Below, piece after piece: positions 26,590 to 36,190 of a DNA stretch of 64,000 bases. Both the position numbers and the translations under genes were made by a program. The stretch covers positions 1 through 64,000 of the forward strand of contig CAVUKB010000010.1 of the NCBI GenBank assembly GCA_963741955.1, read 5' to 3'. The notes beneath the pieces were generated by a model. It made no database searches, was not told where the DNA came from, and saw only the letters and a list, made by a program, of their open reading frames with translations. Numbering within the stretch: position 1 is the stretch's first letter; every line of letters starts with the position of its first letter. The DNA comes from an uncultured Acidobacteriota bacterium (GTDB lineage: Bacteria > Acidobacteriota > Thermoanaerobaculia > Gp7-AA8).

Positions 26590-27978
26590 CTACCGATGCA
26601 GAACGATGCGCACTCCGGATGCTCCGGAAGCGACGTTGTCCGCTTCGCCTGCAATGTCGTCCGCCGAGTGAGTCATCGCATTTCCGTCGGCATCGATCCG
26701 GGCCTCGACGTGGATCCGGTCGGGGAGTGGCTGTCCCATCATCGAGTCGGCGGAGCCGATGGTGATGTGCATGGGGAAGCTGCCGGCCTGGAGTCGTTTC
26801 GCCGCGATGGGCGGTCCCTGACGCTGACCGGCGGGGCGGGCGAAGACGAAGAGAACCGCTCCGGGGGAGACGCTGCTGCGAACCGACGGATCGAGCTCCA
26901 GATCGATCCCGACATTCCGGCCGTCATCGGGGGCTGCGGCCGGAGTGGCCGCGGGCATCGCGGCCTGAGCTCCGCTCGACTGGGCAGCGGAGGCACGCTC
27001 GAGCTCACCGTAAAGACGGTCGAGAGCTGCCTTCTGATCCGGGTGGTGTCTGGCAGCTTCGTCGATGGCCGCTCTTGCTTCGTCGGGGTGACCGAGCTGG
27101 AACTGCACCAGTGCCAGATGAACCCATCCATCGAGGAGATCGGGGTCGATGGTGGTGGCTTTCTTCAGCATCTCCAGCGCCATGTCTCCCTGGTTCATCG
27201 AAAGCCGGACCAGGGCCTGGTAGCTGAGTGCACGCGCGTTGTTCGGATCCTTGTCGAGTACGTATTGAGTCTGGTTGAAGACCCCCATCATGTCGTTGGC
27301 CATCAGGTAGGCTGCGGCGAGATCGAGCCGGCGCCCGAAGTCGTCGGGCTTTTCGTCGACCGCTTTCTGCAGCATCTCGATCTGCTGAGCGATCGCCGGA
27401 TCCATCTGCGGCTGCTGTTGGGCCGACGCGGGCATCTCCATTCCCCCGCCGGTCGGGGAGCCATTCGGATTCCGGTCGGTAGCCGAGCGGCTGACGAAGA
27501 ATGCCAGACCGCCGATGACGAGAATCGAACCTGCGCCCCACAGAAATCCCTTCAAGGCGGGGTGCTGAGCAAGGAAGCCGGATGGGACGGCCTCCGGCTC
27601 TTCGGAGAGAGCCGATCCGGTCCCGTGCGTGCCTGCTGAGGTGCCGGTCACCGCGGCGGTCGGGGTCAGGTCACCAGCATGCGCGCGATCGAGCTGACGG
27701 AGGATTTCGGCGGCTTCGATCTCGAGCCGGGTTCGCTCCGACGAGAGTTGCGAGGCGGTCCGCTTGGATGCGGTGTCTTCGAGCTCCCGGAGCTGCTGGA
27801 TCAGAGCATCGCGTTTCCCGGCCAGATCCCGAAGCTCGAGATCGAGGGTGGAGGGAATCCGGGGCGAGGCCCCGCTCCGCCGGCTGAGGAGATATACGAT
27901 GACGGCGCCCACCACGAGCGCGATGACGAACATCCCGATCGTCGGGACCCAGTCGACATTGGAAGAGGGCATGTTCAT
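26590..27978 (-). CDS. ccmI: Cytochrome c biogenesis TPR protein CcmI/CycH
   Basis: Two TM helices, coiled region, TPRs, and CycH C-terminal domain (VLFVFAR..PPIAAKRL..SMMG..VEARI); overlaps the ccmH stop. Confidence 0.8.
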   Translation of the reverse strand: MNMPSSNVDWVPTIGMFVIALVVGAVIVYLLSRRSGASPRIPSTLDLELRDLAGKRDALIQQLRELEDTASKRTASQLSSERTRLEIEAAEILRQLDRAHAGDLTPTAAVTGTSAGTHGTGSALSEEPEAVPSGFLAQHPALKGFLWGAGSILVIGGLAFFVSRSATDRNPNGSPTGGGMEMPASAQQQPQMDPAIAQQIEMLQKAVDEKPDDFGRRLDLAAAYLMANDMMGVFNQTQYVLDKDPNNARALSYQALVRLSMNQGDMALEMLKKATTIDPDLLDGWVHLALVQFQLGHPDEARAAIDEAARHHPDQKAALDRLYGELERASAAQSSGAQAAMPAATPAAAPDDGRNVGIDLELDPSVRSSVSPGAVLFVFARPAGQRQGPPIAAKRLQAGSFPMHITIGSADSMMGQPLPDRIHVEARIDADGNAMTHSADDIAGEADNVASGASGVRIVLHR

Positions 27979-28604
27979 TCCTTCGAGTCAGAGTTGGATG
28001 CAGCGCGGGCCGGCGAGACTCCGCCCGGCCATCCGTAGGCGAGCTCGCGCACCCGTAGAACGTACGGCGCGAGATCGGGATCGTCGGGGAGGGCATCCGG
28101 ATCTGCGAGCTCGGCTTCCGCCGGCGCAGATTCCTTTTCGGCCGCGGTCGCGGATGGTTTCCGAAGCCGACGAATCGAGAGGCCGACCACGCCGCCGCCG
28201 ATCAGGAGAATCGCCACGGGCATCAGCCAGACCAGCCAGTTGATGCCCTTCATCGGAGGATTGAGGAGGACGAAGTCGCCGTAGGCGCGCTGGAAGTACT
28301 TCAGGATCTGGTCGTCGGTGAAGCCGCGCTCGAGAAGCTCCCGGACCTGCCGCTTCATGTTCACGGCCATCGTCGCGGGGGAGTCGGCGACGGAGAGTCC
28401 CTGGCATACCGGACAGCGAAGCTGTCCCGCGAGCTCGTGAGTCTTCTGGTCGAGCGCGGCCGCACTGAGAGGGGCTCCGGCGGGGGGGCCGACCAGCTGC
28501 GCCGCGTCGGGAGCTCCGGTCTCGGTCGGGCCGCTCTGTGCAAGGAGTGGAAGAGAGACTGCGACGATCAGTGAGATCAGGAGGAGCCAGTTCTTTCGGG
28601 TCAA
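27975..28604 (-). CDS. ccmH: Cytochrome c biogenesis protein CcmH
   Basis: LRCPVCQGLSVADS, YFQRAYGDFVLLNPP; TTG start. Confidence 0.92.
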   Translation of the reverse strand: MTRKNWLLLISLIVAVSLPLLAQSGPTETGAPDAAQLVGPPAGAPLSAAALDQKTHELAGQLRCPVCQGLSVADSPATMAVNMKRQVRELLERGFTDDQILKYFQRAYGDFVLLNPPMKGINWLVWLMPVAILLIGGGVVGLSIRRLRKPSATAAEKESAPAEAELADPDALPDDPDLAPYVLRVRELAYGWPGGVSPARAASNSDSKE

Positions 28605-29128
28605 CGAGCACCTCCCGAGGCGAGGGCGATCCCGTTCATCAGGTCGTCCGGGCTCATCGGTCCCGCATATTTCGAAACGATCTTTCCGGTTCGATCGATG
28701 AAGAAGGTTTCCGGAACGCCTCCGACGCCGTACGCGATCGCGGTCTTCCCCTCTTCATCCATCACGTGGGGGTACGACGTTCCGTTCTCGCGGATGAACG
28801 AGAGGATCTTCGGCTCCGTATCATCGAAGACGACGCCGACGAACTGGACGTCTGACCCCATGCTCCTGGCCACGCTGGTCAGGACCGGATTCTCTTCGAA
28901 GCAGGGACGGCACCAGGTGGCCCAGAAGTTCACCACCACCGGTTTTCCGCGAAGCGACGCGAGAGAAAGACTCCGGTCGATTCCGGCCTCTTTCAACGTG
29001 AAGTCCGGAGCCTGCTTGCCGATCAGGGGCGAATCGATCCTCTGGGGATCTTTCCCCAGATTGACGAAGAGAACGCCGATCAGAACGGCGGAGATCAACA
29101 GCCCTACCGCGAGAACGATGCGATTCAT
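28601..29128 (-). CDS. ccmG: Thiol:disulfide interchange protein CcmG/DsbE
   Basis: SPLIGKQAPDF, NFWATWCRPC, YGVGGVPETFFID. Confidence 0.92.
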   Translation of the reverse strand: MNRIVLAVGLLISAVLIGVLFVNLGKDPQRIDSPLIGKQAPDFTLKEAGIDRSLSLASLRGKPVVVNFWATWCRPCFEENPVLTSVARSMGSDVQFVGVVFDDTEPKILSFIRENGTSYPHVMDEEGKTAIAYGVGGVPETFFIDRTGKIVSKYAGPMSPDDLMNGIALASGGAR

Positions 29129-31155
29129 TGTCCGCCTCCCGCGATCTGGGATCCGGAGGGAGCGGGCTCGATGCCCAGAGGCTCGGAGGAAGTGACCTGC
29201 TTCGTGGCCGCCGATCGCGTCGGGATGAGGGTGACCAGCGCGCCGAATCCCATCATCAGAACCGCGAACCAGATCCAGCCGACCAGCGGATTGATCATCG
29301 CGTGGATGCCGGCGGTCTGCTGACTCGCGTCGATGCTCATGGCGGAGAGGTAGAGATCGCCGCCGAAAGTCGAGAGGACGTCCGGCGTTCCGATCGGCTC
29401 GCGCATGGCGAGATACTGATTCATGCGCGGCTCGAGCGTGGCGATCTGCTTCCCGTTGCGCGAGACGGCGAAGCGCGCGATGGTCGCCTCCCGGTTCGGT
29501 TCAGGTACCACCTCGACGCTCTGGAGAGTCAGGGTGTACGCGCCGATCTTCTCGCTCTGTCCGGGACGGAACTCGAACTCGCGAGAGATCTGCATGGTGC
29601 TGCTCACTGCGATGGCTACGATCACCGCCACCACCGCCGCGTGCACGATGTAGGCACCGAAGCGCCGGCGGCCGCGAATCAGTTGCGCGTTCACGAAGGC
29701 GCTTCCGATGTTCTCACCGCGACCGCGGACGCGCTGGATGAAAGGAAGCCACATCTCGCGAAGCGTGATCTGTGCGGTGTAGCCGCCGAATGCCAGGGTG
29801 AGGAGCGTCCACGGGTTGCGGGCTCCGAGCACGTATCCGAGAACCGTGACCACGACCGCACCGATGATCGGAGGGACGAGCGAACGGATCACCTGCTTCT
29901 TCGTCGCACGACCCCATGGGAGCGCGGGACCCACTCCCATGATGAACAGGAGGGCCGCCCCGATCGGAACCGCCATCCGGTCGAAATACGGCCGGCCGAC
30001 GCTCATCTGCGAGCCGCGGATCGCTTCGACGATCAGCGGGAAGGCAGTGCCGATCAGTACCGTGAAGGTGAAGAGGACGAACAGGAGGTTATTGACCAGG
30101 AACATCGATTCCCGGCTGGCCGCTCCCTCGATCTCTCCTTCCGGTGAGAGCTTGTCGATCTTCAGCGCGAGGAGCACCACCGACCAGAGGAGAGCGACGG
30201 CGAGAAAGGCGAGGATGGTCGGGCCGATGGCGCTCTGGGTGAAGGAGTGCACCGAATTGAACACGCCCGAACGGGTCATGAAGGTGCCGAGAATGGTCAG
30301 GAGGAACGTGGCCTGAAGGAGCGTCACCGTCCATCCTTTGAGGATTCCCTTTCGCTCCTGCACGATCAGCGAATGGACTGCCGCCGTCGCCGTGAGCCAT
30401 GGCAGCAGAGACGCGTTCTCCACCGGATCCCAGGCCCAGTAGCCGCCCCACCCGAGGACTTCGTACGCCCACCAGCCGCCGAGCATGATGGCGATGGTGA
30501 GAAAGATCCAGGGGATCAGAGTCCAGGTGCGGAGAGGCTTGAGGAACGCATGTCCGAGCCGGCCGGTGAGAAGTGCGGCCGAAGCGAGGCCGAACGGAAT
30601 GGTCATCCCCACGTAACCGAGATAAAGAAACGGCGGGTGAGCGACCATCAGAATGTGGTTCTGCAGGAGCGGATTCGGTCCCGGGCCGTCCATCGGCGGG
30701 AAAGGAACCGTGCCGAACGGATTGGCGGGGCCGGAGATCAGAAAGCTGAAGAACGCTCCGACGGCGAGCCAGGTGCCGATTGCCCACGGCATGTACTCCG
30801 GGTGCCGGTCGCGGGTGAAGAACGTCGCCGCGGCGATGTAGACGCCGAGGATCAGTCCCCAGAAGAGGATCGAGCCTTCGAGCGAAGACCAGAGACTGAC
30901 GATGGTGACCCAGGTCGGAGTGAGACGCGAGCCGACGTGGGCGACGTAGCTGACGGAGAAGTCGTGAACCAGCAGCGCGTAGATCATGACCGCGTTCGCG
31001 AGCGCGATCACCAGCGAGTACGCGTACGCGAAACGGCGGGTCCAGCGGGTACCGACCACGGATTGACGCGAGCCGGCGGCAAAGCCGACCATCGCACCGA
31101 TCGTCGCGATCAGAAGCGATATGAGGACCAGTCCTCGACCGAGTGGGGCGATCAT
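29125..31155 (-). CDS. ccmF: Heme lyase CcmF
   Basis: WSSLEGS, NPLLQ, HPPFLYLGY, WGGYWAWDPVENAS, SVHSF. Confidence 0.97.
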   Translation of the reverse strand: MIAPLGRGLVLISLLIATIGAMVGFAAGSRQSVVGTRWTRRFAYAYSLVIALANAVMIYALLVHDFSVSYVAHVGSRLTPTWVTIVSLWSSLEGSILFWGLILGVYIAAATFFTRDRHPEYMPWAIGTWLAVGAFFSFLISGPANPFGTVPFPPMDGPGPNPLLQNHILMVAHPPFLYLGYVGMTIPFGLASAALLTGRLGHAFLKPLRTWTLIPWIFLTIAIMLGGWWAYEVLGWGGYWAWDPVENASLLPWLTATAAVHSLIVQERKGILKGWTVTLLQATFLLTILGTFMTRSGVFNSVHSFTQSAIGPTILAFLAVALLWSVVLLALKIDKLSPEGEIEGAASRESMFLVNNLLFVLFTFTVLIGTAFPLIVEAIRGSQMSVGRPYFDRMAVPIGAALLFIMGVGPALPWGRATKKQVIRSLVPPIIGAVVVTVLGYVLGARNPWTLLTLAFGGYTAQITLREMWLPFIQRVRGRGENIGSAFVNAQLIRGRRRFGAYIVHAAVVAVIVAIAVSSTMQISREFEFRPGQSEKIGAYTLTLQSVEVVPEPNREATIARFAVSRNGKQIATLEPRMNQYLAMREPIGTPDVLSTFGGDLYLSAMSIDASQQTAGIHAMINPLVGWIWFAVLMMGFGALVTLIPTRSAATKQVTSSEPLGIEPAPSGSQIAGGGQ

Positions 31156-31655
31156 TACTTATCCTTTCCGATGCCGACGGTCGACTTGATCATCTTCTCC
31201 GAGTCGATCTGTTCGCCGGGCTTCGGTGCACGGTATTCGTTGTTGTGGGAAACCATCAGACGGTTGCTCTCGAACCAGCCGCCGCGGGTCATGGTTCCTT
31301 CCACCACCACGCCGATCCCCTCGCGGAACATCTGCGGAGGCATGCTGGTGGCTTTCACGTGCACCGTTGCTTTCTTGTCGGTGACGTCGAACTCCAGTGA
31401 AGAAGCGGTCTTGCCGTACTTGATCGAGCCGGGAGCGACGAGCCCGCCGAGGCGGATCGTGGCGCCATAGGCCTTGTTTCCGGCTTTGTGGAGCTGGCTC
31501 GGAGTCCAGTAGTAGACGAGATTCTTGCCGATGCCGCCCACCGTGATGGCTACGAACGCCGCCGCAGCGACGAGAAGCGCGATGATCGCGAACGTCTTCG
31601 TGTTACCGGCGCGACGCGGGATCTTCGTTTCCACCGATGCGATCTGCTCGCTCAT
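31155..31655 (-). CDS. ccmE: Heme chaperone CcmE
   Basis: VYYWTP, IRLGGLV, PQMFREG, HNNEY (HxxxY). Confidence 0.93.
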   Translation of the reverse strand: MSEQIASVETKIPRRAGNTKTFAIIALLVAAAAFVAITVGGIGKNLVYYWTPSQLHKAGNKAYGATIRLGGLVAPGSIKYGKTASSLEFDVTDKKATVHVKATSMPPQMFREGIGVVVEGTMTRGGWFESNRLMVSHNNEYRAPKPGEQIDSEKMIKSTVGIGKDK

Positions 31656-31810
31656 GAATTCACCTCCGCCGATCCGGCTTCACGCCGAAATCTCGCCCGC
31701 TCGGCGCGGTACCTGAGAACGACCGAGATCACGTAGAACCCGTAGACCGCGGCAGTCACTGCGTACGCGGCCCAGACGAACTGCCAGCCACCATGAACTA
31801 CACCCGTCAT
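31652..31810 (-). CDS. ccmD: Heme exporter protein CcmD (52 aa)
   Basis: WQFVWAAYAVT single TM helix with basic tail; lies between ccmC and ccmE with ATGA overlaps. Confidence 0.8.
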   Translation of the reverse strand: MTGVVHGGWQFVWAAYAVTAAVYGFYVISVVLRYRAERARFRREAGSAEVNS

Positions 31811-32562
31811 TGCGCACCTCCTGCGACCGGGCCTCGATTCAGATCCGCCACCACGGGCGCCTCGGGAAGAGGAGGCGCGAGCTCGCTCTGCAGGCGGAGC
31901 GCAGCGGCCCGGCTGCGCATCATCATCAGACCAATCATCAGAAACAGAATGCCGAATGCATTGATGCGCAACGGCAGATAGAACGCGGGCGAGACGGTGT
32001 GCGGCGTCGACTGCGACTGGTGCAGCGAGTTCCACCACTTGACCGAGAAGTAGACGATCGGCACGTCGACGTAGGCGATGATCGTCGCGACCGCCGACCA
32101 GACGGCCCGCCGGACCGGATCATCGACGAAATGCCGAAGGGCCATGATTCCGATGAACGCGAACAGCAGTACCGCCATCGTGGTCAGCCGCGGATCCCAG
32201 TCCCACCAGACTCCCCAGGTCGGCTTGGCCCAGATCGATCCCTGCATGCAGAGGAGCCCGGCGAGGATGATTCCCACCTCGACTCCGGCTTCCAGGCGCG
32301 AGTCCCACTTCCATTCCGACTTGAAGAGGAACATCAGTGCGCAGATGAACGACCAGGTGAACGCGAGCATCGCGTTCCACGCCGTCGGGACGTGGACGTA
32401 CATGATCCTCTGTACGTTCCCCATGAACTCTTCCGGTGGAGCGACGAAGAGTCCGAGGTACGAACCGGTCAGGAGCAGAATGCCCCCGAACAGCATGATC
32501 ACCGCCGGCCAGCGCACGTTCAGCGCCTTCGCCATTGGATTGCTTTTCATCGTTGACGTCAT
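31807..32562 (-). CDS. ccmC: Heme exporter protein CcmC
   Basis: RIMYVHVP, WAKPTWGVWWDWDPRLT, WWNSLHQ. Confidence 0.96.
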   Translation of the reverse strand: MTSTMKSNPMAKALNVRWPAVIMLFGGILLLTGSYLGLFVAPPEEFMGNVQRIMYVHVPTAWNAMLAFTWSFICALMFLFKSEWKWDSRLEAGVEVGIILAGLLCMQGSIWAKPTWGVWWDWDPRLTTMAVLLFAFIGIMALRHFVDDPVRRAVWSAVATIIAYVDVPIVYFSVKWWNSLHQSQSTPHTVSPAFYLPLRINAFGILFLMIGLMMMRSRAAALRLQSELAPPLPEAPVVADLNRGPVAGGAQ

Positions 32563-33225
32563 TTAGTCCTCCACCACTCGGCCGAAGAGGAGTCCACAAA
32601 GGGACCAGTAAATCGCGTTGAATGCCACCAGCAACATCGTCCAGGAGCGGATCTGCCCCATCGGATCGCCCAGGATCAGCAGCGAAGTCGCCTTCACTGC
32701 CGAGAGGAGAACCGGAACGACCAGAGGAAACAGCAGCAACGGGAGAAGCGTCTGCTTGGCCCTTGCCTGGGACGCCATCGCGGCGTAGATGGTTCCGGGG
32801 GCCGAGAGCGCGGCCGTCCCGAGAGCGATGATGCCGATCAGCGCGAGCGCGCGCACCGTGCCGGCGTCGTACAGCACCACCATCACCGGGACGAGCGCCG
32901 TCCCGAGAATCGTCAGCTGGATCCAGTTCGCGAGCGCCTTCCCGTAATAGATCGAACGAGGATCAGTGGGAAGCAGAAGCATTCCTTCCATTCCGCGATG
33001 CTCCATCTCGGTCTGAAAGCTCTCGGCGAGAGTCAGGGTCGAGGAGAGAAGGAGTCCCAGCCAGAGAAATCCCGCGGAGTACTGCCGCAGGGCCTCCGAG
33101 TTCGGACCGATCGCGAAACTGAACAGGAGGAGCGCGGTCGCACCGAACGCGAAGATCGCCATGACCTGCGCGCGGGTACGCCATTGGAGAAGCATTTCCT
33201 TGTGGAGGGAGGAGATGAACTGCAT
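32563..33225 (-). CDS. ccmB: Heme exporter protein CcmB
   Basis: Six TM helices, ESFQTEMEHRGMEGMLL, LLPLLLFPLVVP. Confidence 0.93.
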   Translation of the reverse strand: MQFISSLHKEMLLQWRTRAQVMAIFAFGATALLLFSFAIGPNSEALRQYSAGFLWLGLLLSSTLTLAESFQTEMEHRGMEGMLLLPTDPRSIYYGKALANWIQLTILGTALVPVMVVLYDAGTVRALALIGIIALGTAALSAPGTIYAAMASQARAKQTLLPLLLFPLVVPVLLSAVKATSLLILGDPMGQIRSWTMLLVAFNAIYWSLCGLLFGRVVED

Positions 33226-34025
33226 CAGAAGCCTCCCTCGGAGAGTCCATCCGAGTCGAGTCCGCTCCGGCTCGGAAGATCGAGCGCGCTGCCGAACCAC
33301 GTTGCGCGACCGGCGTCGAGCACTAGCCCGTAATCGCAGAGAGCGGCGCCGCGCTCGATCTGGTGCGTCGCCATCAGAACCGTCGCCCCACGTTCCCGGA
33401 AATGCTGGAAGAGATGGTCGACGAAGCGGAAACCGGGAGGATCGAGCTGACCGTACGGTTCGTCGAGAAGCACGATGCTCGCATCCTGCAGGAGCGTGCG
33501 CGCGATGGAGAGCCGCTTGCGCATTCCTGCCGAGAACGTGCTCACGCCGTCGTCTGCGCGACCGTCGAGGTCGACCAGCTGCAGCAGTGGCATCAGAGCA
33601 TCGCGCTCCGCATCCTTGCCGATCAGCCGTGCCGCGACCTGAAGGTTCTGCAGCGCGGTGAGGGCCTCATAGGTATAGGCGTAGTGGCTGAGAAGAGCGA
33701 GACGTTTCCGCACCTCTGCGCGGTCGCGCCACAGATCGAATCCATCGATCTTCGCCTCGCCTCGATCCGCCCGGATTGCGGTCGAGAGAACGCGGAAGAG
33801 GGTCGATTTTCCGGAGCCGTTCCGCCCCGCGACCATCACTGCGGCGCCTCGCGGAATCTCCAGTGCAATGTTGACCAGGGCCCAGCGTCTGCCGTAACGA
33901 CGGCAGAGTCCGGATGCCTCGATCGCAGGGCCGCTCGTCGCGGCCGCAGCGGGAGACCCGCCGGGAGATCCGAGGGCGTGGTCCCTGGCATGGAATTCGG
34001 CTGAAAGGGGAGCTGAGGTTCGCAT
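33225..34025 (-). CDS. ccmA: Heme ABC exporter ATP-binding protein CcmA
   Basis: GRNGSGKST, FSAGMRKR, LLDEP; GGAG RBS; first gene of the operon. Confidence 0.93.
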   Translation of the reverse strand: MRTSAPLSAEFHARDHALGSPGGSPAAAATSGPAIEASGLCRRYGRRWALVNIALEIPRGAAVMVAGRNGSGKSTLFRVLSTAIRADRGEAKIDGFDLWRDRAEVRKRLALLSHYAYTYEALTALQNLQVAARLIGKDAERDALMPLLQLVDLDGRADDGVSTFSAGMRKRLSIARTLLQDASIVLLDEPYGQLDPPGFRFVDHLFQHFRERGATVLMATHQIERGAALCDYGLVLDAGRATWFGSALDLPSRSGLDSDGLSEGGF

Positions 34026-34288
34026 CTTTCTCCAGGGGCAGAAGGTCTGCGCCCGCGATCTCCGCGGCGTCCGGCCGCAGTGATTTCCAACGATGTCGCT
34101 AACGCCTTCCGCCGAGTGAAATTCCGTCCTGAAATTGCCGGCCCGGCCGCCCTTCCGGGTTCCGCCGGCTCGGATGAATCCGGATCGAGAGCTCTGATTC
34201 CTGCCGGGTCTGCGATCCGATCCGAGCCACCGTGCGCTCAGAGTAATTCGAAGCCGCCGGGGTCGCTGCACCCGAAGTCACTCGCGGT

Positions 34289-34304
34289 TGTGACTCGAAT
34301 CACA
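34289..34304. promoter_or_regulatory. Perfect CRP-type operator TGTGA-N6-TCACA upstream of ccmA
   Basis: TGTGA-CTCGAA-TCACA; candidate -10 TACTCT on minus strand at 34245-34240. Confidence 0.65.
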
Positions 34305-34446
34305 GGGGCTGCCCGAGCGATGCAGTCCGGCCCCGCCCGAGGGGTTTTCACGAAGCTTCACGGCCGTCGCCATGCCCCGGGACTTATCTTTCTTTCATGC
34401 AACCACGAACGCATCACATCCGTCCAAATGAAGGGAGGTAACCGTC

Positions 34447-34902
34447 ATGAGGGCCGTTGCCGTGCTGATGCTCGGAGCTCTGATGGGCACAGCAATCCCG
34501 GCGGTCGCGGCGGAGAGCGCAGAGACTCCCGCCGTTTCATCGCGCACGACTTCACCGCCGGACTATTCGCGTGAAGCACTCCTCCGGATACTCGCAGAAG
34601 CCCGGCAGCGGGCGGAAGCGGAACAGCAACCCTTCAGCGGTATCGTGGTTTACCAGAAGCACGGCATGCGGCTCCGGTGGCTTCCGCTCATGCTGCCGCT
34701 GAGTCTTCTTTACGGCACTCTCGGTGATGCTGGCGTGACGGTGAACCCGATGGTCGACCCGTTCGCGTTGACCAACACGGTTTTTCCTTCCACCGCAGAT
34801 AACAGCCACGATCGCTGGCGGGAGTGGCGATTCCGAAGCATGCTCCGGCGCAATGTCGAGGCCGCGAATCGCGGCGACAACGAAACCGGTCGATCGCAGT
34901 AG
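34447..34902 (+). CDS. Exported hypothetical protein
   Basis: GGAGG RBS; signal peptide MRAVAVLMLGALMGTAIPAVAA. Confidence 0.75.
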   Translation: MRAVAVLMLGALMGTAIPAVAAESAETPAVSSRTTSPPDYSREALLRILAEARQRAEAEQQPFSGIVVYQKHGMRLRWLPLMLPLSLLYGTLGDAGVTVNPMVDPFALTNTVFPSTADNSHDRWREWRFRSMLRRNVEAANRGDNETGRSQ

Positions 34903-35045
34903 CGCGAATCCTCTTCGCGATCAGACTTCGCTCTCGGAGCTGCCAACCTGCGACGAGGGAGTAAGATCAGGCCGATTCGAGCTGAAGGGTGGTGCGTCGA
35001 GATGCCTCCAACGTCGAGCGTCGCGCGTACTTCCTCTGGAAACTG

Positions 35046-35636
35046 ATGAAGCCGCGGAAGAACCTCACCGTCGCGGTCGCGGTGCTCGCGGCCGGCGGCT
35101 CGAGCAGGATGGGCACGTGCAAACAGCTGATCCTGCTGGATGGCGAGACGCTCGTGCATCGTGCGGCCCGCAGGGCACGCCGGAGCGCCGCGGCCCGCGT
35201 ACTGGTGGTCGTCGGCGCGGAAGCGGGAGGAGTCGTCGACGCCGTTTCCGATCTCCGGGTGGAGATCGTCGAGAATCGCGGGTGGGTAGAGGGAATCGGG
35301 AGCTCGATCGCCGCGGCTGCACGCGCGATCCGATCCGACGAATCGATCGATGCGATTCTTTTCACCCTCGCGGACCAGCCTTCCATCACTTCGTCGATGA
35401 TCGACCGTCTGATCGCCGAGGCGCAATCGTTTTCGATCGTCGCATCCGCCTATGCAGACGGTCCCGGCGTTCCTGCGCTCTTCCGGAAGGTCCACTTCGA
35501 CGCTCTTGCCGGGATGGGCGGCGATCGTGGCGCACGGTCGCTGATCGTGTCGGACGAGGAGGCGAAGATCCTCTCCTTCGATCGAGAGTTGGACGACATC
35601 GACCAACCGGAAGATCTCGACCGCTATCTTTCTTAG
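35046..35636 (+). CDS. MobA/MocA-like nucleotidyltransferase (molybdenum cofactor cytidylyltransferase-like)
   Basis: VLAAGGSSRMG..KQL, WVEGIGSSI, LADQP, GDRGAR, DIDQPED. Confidence 0.88.
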   Translation: MKPRKNLTVAVAVLAAGGSSRMGTCKQLILLDGETLVHRAARRARRSAAARVLVVVGAEAGGVVDAVSDLRVEIVENRGWVEGIGSSIAAAARAIRSDESIDAILFTLADQPSITSSMIDRLIAEAQSFSIVASAYADGPGVPALFRKVHFDALAGMGGDRGARSLIVSDEEAKILSFDRELDDIDQPEDLDRYLS

Positions 35637-35637
35637 C

Positions 35638-35693
35638 GAGCGACGAGGGGAGAGCGGCGAGCGACGAGCGGCGGGCGGCGAGCGGCGAGGGAA
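35638..35693. repeat. Heptamer tandem repeat (GAGCGRC), about 8 units
   Basis: Read directly, immediately after the stop codon. Confidence 0.8.
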
Positions 35694-35850
35694 GAGGGTG
35701 AGTTTCCGCCGAGGAGTGCGGATTCGTAATCCGCCGCGTATCGCGGCGAGGGGGCAACAGCAGCAGCCGCCGCAGCTTCGGCAGAAGCGGAGCTGCGCAG
35801 CCCCAGGGCACTGTCGACATCATCGCAAGACATCTCAGTGATCCGCTTAG

Positions 35851-35961
35851 CCCGCATTTCTCCCACCGTCTCGTCGCGAGGAGGCGGAGAGTAGCCTGGA
35901 TGCAACGTAGCAGACAGGCCGCTATCCGGCTCCGCAGCAGAGACGATGTGAGAAATGCGGG
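35851..35961. mobile_element. MITE family A, copy 3 (inverted, internally deleted, 111 bp)
   Basis: TIRs retained; flanks TTAG and CTAG; 66 bp shorter than the other copies. Confidence 0.82.
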
Positions 35962-35965
35962 CTAG

Positions 35966-36124
35966 GAGTCGGCGCGATAGAAACGTCCGTAGCGAGAAAG
36001 CGGAGCAACGAGGCCAAATTCGTTCGGATTTGAGGTGCGTAGCGGTGGCTACTCGCCGAAAATCCGGGCGGATTTGGACCGTTGATCCGCTTTCGCAGTA
36101 GGACAGTTTCTACCGCGCAGACTC
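35966..36124. mobile_element. MITE family B, copy 2 (inverted)
   Basis: Reverse complement of 11545-11703 with few changes; CTAG on both sides. Confidence 0.85.
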
Positions 36125-36190
36125 CTAGGTGCCTGGTCACAAGAATCGATTCATCCATCTGAAAACGCGGCGGTCGAGTATCATTTTTCG

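Noticed and set aside
31155-31655. Variant (CxxxY) CcmE of System I*
   Set aside because: The motif is the canonical HxxxY (HNNEY) and CcmG/CcmH are present, so this is ordinary System I.
34925-35045. Moco riboswitch upstream of the MocA-like gene
   Set aside because: Only loose resemblance (AGGGT..GCCTCC); the conserved stems and GAAAC loop could not be identified by eye. An Infernal search with the Rfam Moco model would decide.
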